From Octopus sinensis (taxonomy: Eukaryota): a stretch of DNA of 64,000 nucleotides. This document shows positions 63,695 to 64,000 of the stretch, piece after piece. Location of the stretch: assembly GCF_006345805.1 (NCBI RefSeq), contig NW_021832375.1, positions 1 to 64,000 on the forward strand, written 5' to 3'. Numbering within the stretch: the stretch's first letter is position 1; each line of letters starts with the position of its first letter. A model generated the notes under the pieces. It searched no databases, had not been told where the DNA came from, and was given only the letters and a program-made list of their open reading frames with translations. The position numbers and the translations under genes are program-made.

Positions 63695-64000
63695 TTTTAC
63701 TTGTTTCAGTCATTTGACTGCGGCCATGCTGGAGCACCGCCTTTAATCGAGCAACTCGACACCGGGACTTATTCTTTTGTAAGCCCAGTACTTATTCTAT
63801 CGGTCTCTTTTGCCGAACCGCTAAGTAACGGGGACATAAACACACCAGCATCGGTTGTCAAGCAATGCTAGGAGGACTAACACAGACACAAACACACACA
63901 CGCATATATATATATACATATATACGACGGGCTTCTTTCAGTTTCCGTCTACCAAATCCACTCACAAGGCTTTGGTCGGCCCGAGGCTATAGTAGAAGAC
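63695..64000 (-). mobile_element. tRNA-derived SINE (young copy, cut by window end)
   Basis: TTTTACTTGTTTCAGTCATTTGACTGCGGCCATGCTGGAGCACCGCC...GGGCTTCTTTCAGTTTCCGTCTACCAAATCCACTCACAAGGCTTTGGTCGGCCCGAGGCTATAGTAGAAGAC. Confidence 0.9.

Overview
Eukaryotic, repeat-dense window, most likely from an octopus (coleoid cephalopod). This assignment rests on my recognition of the SINE and LINE families, not on a database search. (1) Positions 1-22257 are a tandem array of about 655 copies of a 34-bp G/T-rich satellite (TTGTTTGTATGGACGCATGATGTGTGAACGAGGC) that runs off the left edge and shows layered variant domains and higher-order duplications. (2) The array ends abruptly on about 90 bp of degenerate (CCCTAA)n telomere-variant repeats (22258-22348). 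These are followed at once by a palindromic cluster of a GGGAAGTAACTCT motif, which recurs in two further copies of a duplicated subtelomere-like module (22.4-30.5 kb). (3) The rest is AT-rich DNA packed with CR1-like, RTE, RTE-X, R4/Dong and Penelope retroelement pieces, a Tc1 fossil, a non-autonomous Helitron, foldback/MITE elements, SINEs and microsatellites. (4) The one recognisable host gene is the 3' part (last five coding exons) of a glutamate-cysteine ligase catalytic subunit (GCLC) on the minus strand, 45615 to 41180. The multi-kb 'ORFs' in the satellite arise because its minus strand is nearly stop-free. The best candidate for an undescribed system is a subterminal satellite cap sitting distal to a relic telomere, with a dedicated palindromic motif array at the boundary.
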